A DNA stretch of 63,127 bases, counting the filler, from Phoronis australis (Eukaryota > Animalia > Phoronida): assembly GCA_002633005.1 (NCBI GenBank). It is 9 parts of 9 records of this genome, joined end to end, with 100 filler letters (N's around TTAATTAATTAA, not from the genome) between each part and the next. Parts side by side here need not be neighbours in the genome. Positions count along the whole stretch, not along the records: positions 60,231 to 63,127 come from NMRA01003338.1; 8 more parts are not named here. One strand, written 5' to 3'. Shown in pieces: positions 60,447-63,127 of the stretch (position 1 is the first letter of the stretch; the number at the start of each line of letters is the position of its first letter). The position numbers and the translations under genes were made by a program. The notes beneath the pieces were generated by a model. That model did no database searches, was not told the origin of the DNA, and saw only the letters and a list, made by a program, of their open reading frames with translations.

Positions 60447-63127
60447 GAGTTACAAGAAGGGTTTAGCTGGTCTGAACAAAACTATAGATCACCTGAATGA
60501 GTTGTGTGCCCCTGTCAGTGGTCCTTGTGACAACTGGCAAAACCACTGTCCATAAAGCTGGTTAAAATAATAAACGAACCATTACCAGGCCCTAACATAA
60601 AAAACTACTGGAAAAATCCCAGCCAACAAATGCAAATGGCAGTTTGAACAACAATCAGTTTAAATACATTCCTAGCACTTTGTTAAAGTGTTAGGAATGC
60701 AATTAATATACTGCTGTTAAAATAGTGTTGGTAAAACAATACTATTGCTTATAACAGGCTGCTTGGAAAGTGATTTAAAAACTGCTTTACTGAGAATTCG
60801 ATAATTCAGCACGTTACCATGTCAACACAACAAAGTGAAAGCAATCTGGGAAGCAACATCCATCGAAACACTTAGATGTGAGTTTGACGACAAAAGCAAG
60901 AACACCAACGACCATAATCACAACTCCCATGACACCAGCATACAGAAAATGATGACCAACAAAAGAGCATTGAGGAATGAGTCAGCAAATTCAAAGAAAA
61001 ATCATCAAATCAGAAAATCTTGAGTAACTCGAGAATAGTAACTTGTTACGAGAAACCAACAACACACTCTAGATGGTGCTTGAAGAGACGTATCTCAGTG
61101 ATACTAAACTTCCGGATTCCCACAATTAGAGCTCCTCAAACGATTACCTAAAAAATGGTAGCAGTAGTGCATCTCATTTTGCCCAAAAAACTGGCTGGAC
61201 ATTTTCTGAGAAATGTGTTGTGTGCACATATCGAGTTGATCAGAAAAAAATGCAAACTGCAGCATGTGTACGACAGAACGACAAAAGGGAAGCAACTTGA
61301 CAATAGTAAGACAGTGCGAGCGTCAGAAACAGACGGTCCAACATGAGATCCACCCACATACCAAATTTCAGTAAAACCCTTCCAGAAACAATGGAGCTGT
61401 AGCACCACAAAGAAAAATCGATAAATGACCACCACAGCGTCATCTTGTGTTCAATTCACAAAAAACGATAGACCTCAAGCTGCTACTGAGACAAATGTTG
61501 TGACTTTCATGTACAATGGATAAAAAACGTGGATTATAGTGTGCAAACGAAACAAAACAAGTTATGAAAGCGCTCAGGCAGAATGAAATTTGGCAAAGAT
61601 AACTGAAGCTCAGTCAGGAGTATGAGTCAGCAAAATCAAAGAGGATGCAGAAGATGATGTCTCAAGACCACGACATCGCTGTTACCACTGTTAAGAACAT
61701 GGACAATGCCGCCAGCAACACCAGCAGCATCGCACAGATGATGATGTCACCTCCAATAGTGATGACAACTCGGATTATCGATGAAGATCTTAAGCCACAA
61801 ATATTGATGATGTCAGCTAAATGAAACCACCACCAAATCCGATAATGTAAAAAACGGCAACTTTTAAACATCAATTGTGTCACAACTAAGATGCCCAAGA
61901 CAACAACTTGGCCTAGGACAAAGATGTCGCCAGCACCAAAGACGACGCCGAAAACAACAACCTCTTTACAATCATCATCATCATCAAATTCAAAAAATGG
62001 CTGTCACAGTGCCACCTTTGGTCCGATTTCACTCAAAATTATATTAGCTGGAGATTTCCATGATATACATGCTGTGTGTAAATTTCACATTGATCAGGTG
62101 AAAAATGAGACCTGTAGCAACATTTAGAGAAATTTAATTCCATCAAATAAAAAACAAACAAAAAGTTTTATGACAGTATTCAGCCAAGTAACTAGGTTCC
62201 AAATACAAACATTCGCCCACATATAAAGTCATGTTTTGGGTCAATAAGCCAGAAGCGAATCAAGTCCAAATGACTGTGACTCAAAGCCAATTGTCATGTG
62301 AATGATGCCCTGACATAACTACTACTTACACAACATTAAAAGGATATCTAGTTTAGTTATCAGACTGTGTTTAAGGGACTATATCCCAAAAAATTCAAGC
62401 TTCATTTCCACCTGTTTAAGCTGGCTAAAAATGCAAAAATCGAATTAAAGTACAGTACACGGCAAAAGTATTCAAACAAAATGACCCAGAATTTCCCCCT
62501 CGTGATGGCTGGGCAGAAGCAGAATTCATAATCATAAGTTTTCTTATGAGACTGAGAATGAAGAGGAATTAATAGAAAAGTTATTAAGGTACTAGCTAAA
62601 CTACTACGTTATTAGTACTTTGCCAACACAATGTTTATTGCCAGCCATTTTTGCTGTTCACAGAGTTAGTCGTCTGTGATTAAGAAACACTATTTAGTCT
62701 TAATACTTTTGTCTTTAACTGCAGGTTTTTTACTTGCTTAAAAATGGTCTCATATTTCAAACCATTACAGGATTCTGTAGTTTATTGGGGTTCGCCAAAC
62801 CTGAAATTTCAAATTGGCGCACGTACACATTGCCTGAGATTGATTTTAAGAGAATACCGTAAAAGGTATAATTCCTTAAATCCATTTTAAGCCAGCTAAA
62901 CATCATGAAAAACAGCTTTAATGAATAACAAATTCTAACATACATCAACAAAGTCAACATATCGCTGTTGTGGCTCTGATGTCCGTAGGTTTGAACGGTT
63001 GAAGCTGCAAACTGCCCTGCTGAATGGGCTAAACGGCAGAAATCGAGTTTTTATTTGCATCAAATCGATGTTATATGTCTAAATGCAGTGGTAGGATTCT
63101 GTTTCGGTTACCACCAAAAACGTTACA

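Noticed and set aside
61600-62000. Asp/Thr-rich ORF-like stretch
   Set aside because: Degenerate trinucleotide-rich sequence within repeat-like DNA, with stops and no recognisable domain or splice structure.
62930-63040. Possible Elk S4-S5 exon (SDMLTLLM)
   Set aside because: There is no S4 arginine repeat upstream and no HWxAC downstream in frame, so the match is probably coincidental.

Overview
Repeat-rich, AT-rich animal (invertebrate-like) genomic scaffold with ten assembly gaps, eight of them carrying an artificial TTAATTAATTAA linker. Real genes found, all on the minus strand: 5' exon(s) of a MAST-family kinase (6394-6482, probably also 12216-12669), three exons of an Elk/KCNH-family K+ channel (pore, C-linker, CNBHD; 20140-23159) and an intact two-exon, single-cysteine-cluster Toll-like receptor (30940-27735, about 852 aa). 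The main hidden signal is that the apparently non-coding DNA from about 24.5 to 58.7 kb reads as a tandem graveyard of roughly 7-8 heavily decayed TLR paralogues, mostly on the plus strand, broken up by Kolobok/THAP, LINE, LTR-like, Penelope-like and MITE insertions. The single intron of the surviving TLR appears to be an antisense mirror copy of the gene's own last LRR-LRRCT-TM-TIR segment and is absent from the relics, suggesting intron gain by inverted duplication. Other items: a BB-loop Pro-to-Leu change in the TLR, a multi-age array of duplicated Elk exon ends with 5' splice sites, and a minimal hammerhead ribozyme. Relic calls come from manual translation and eye alignment of short motifs and need tBLASTn/HMM confirmation. 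No CRISPR or prokaryotic system is present.
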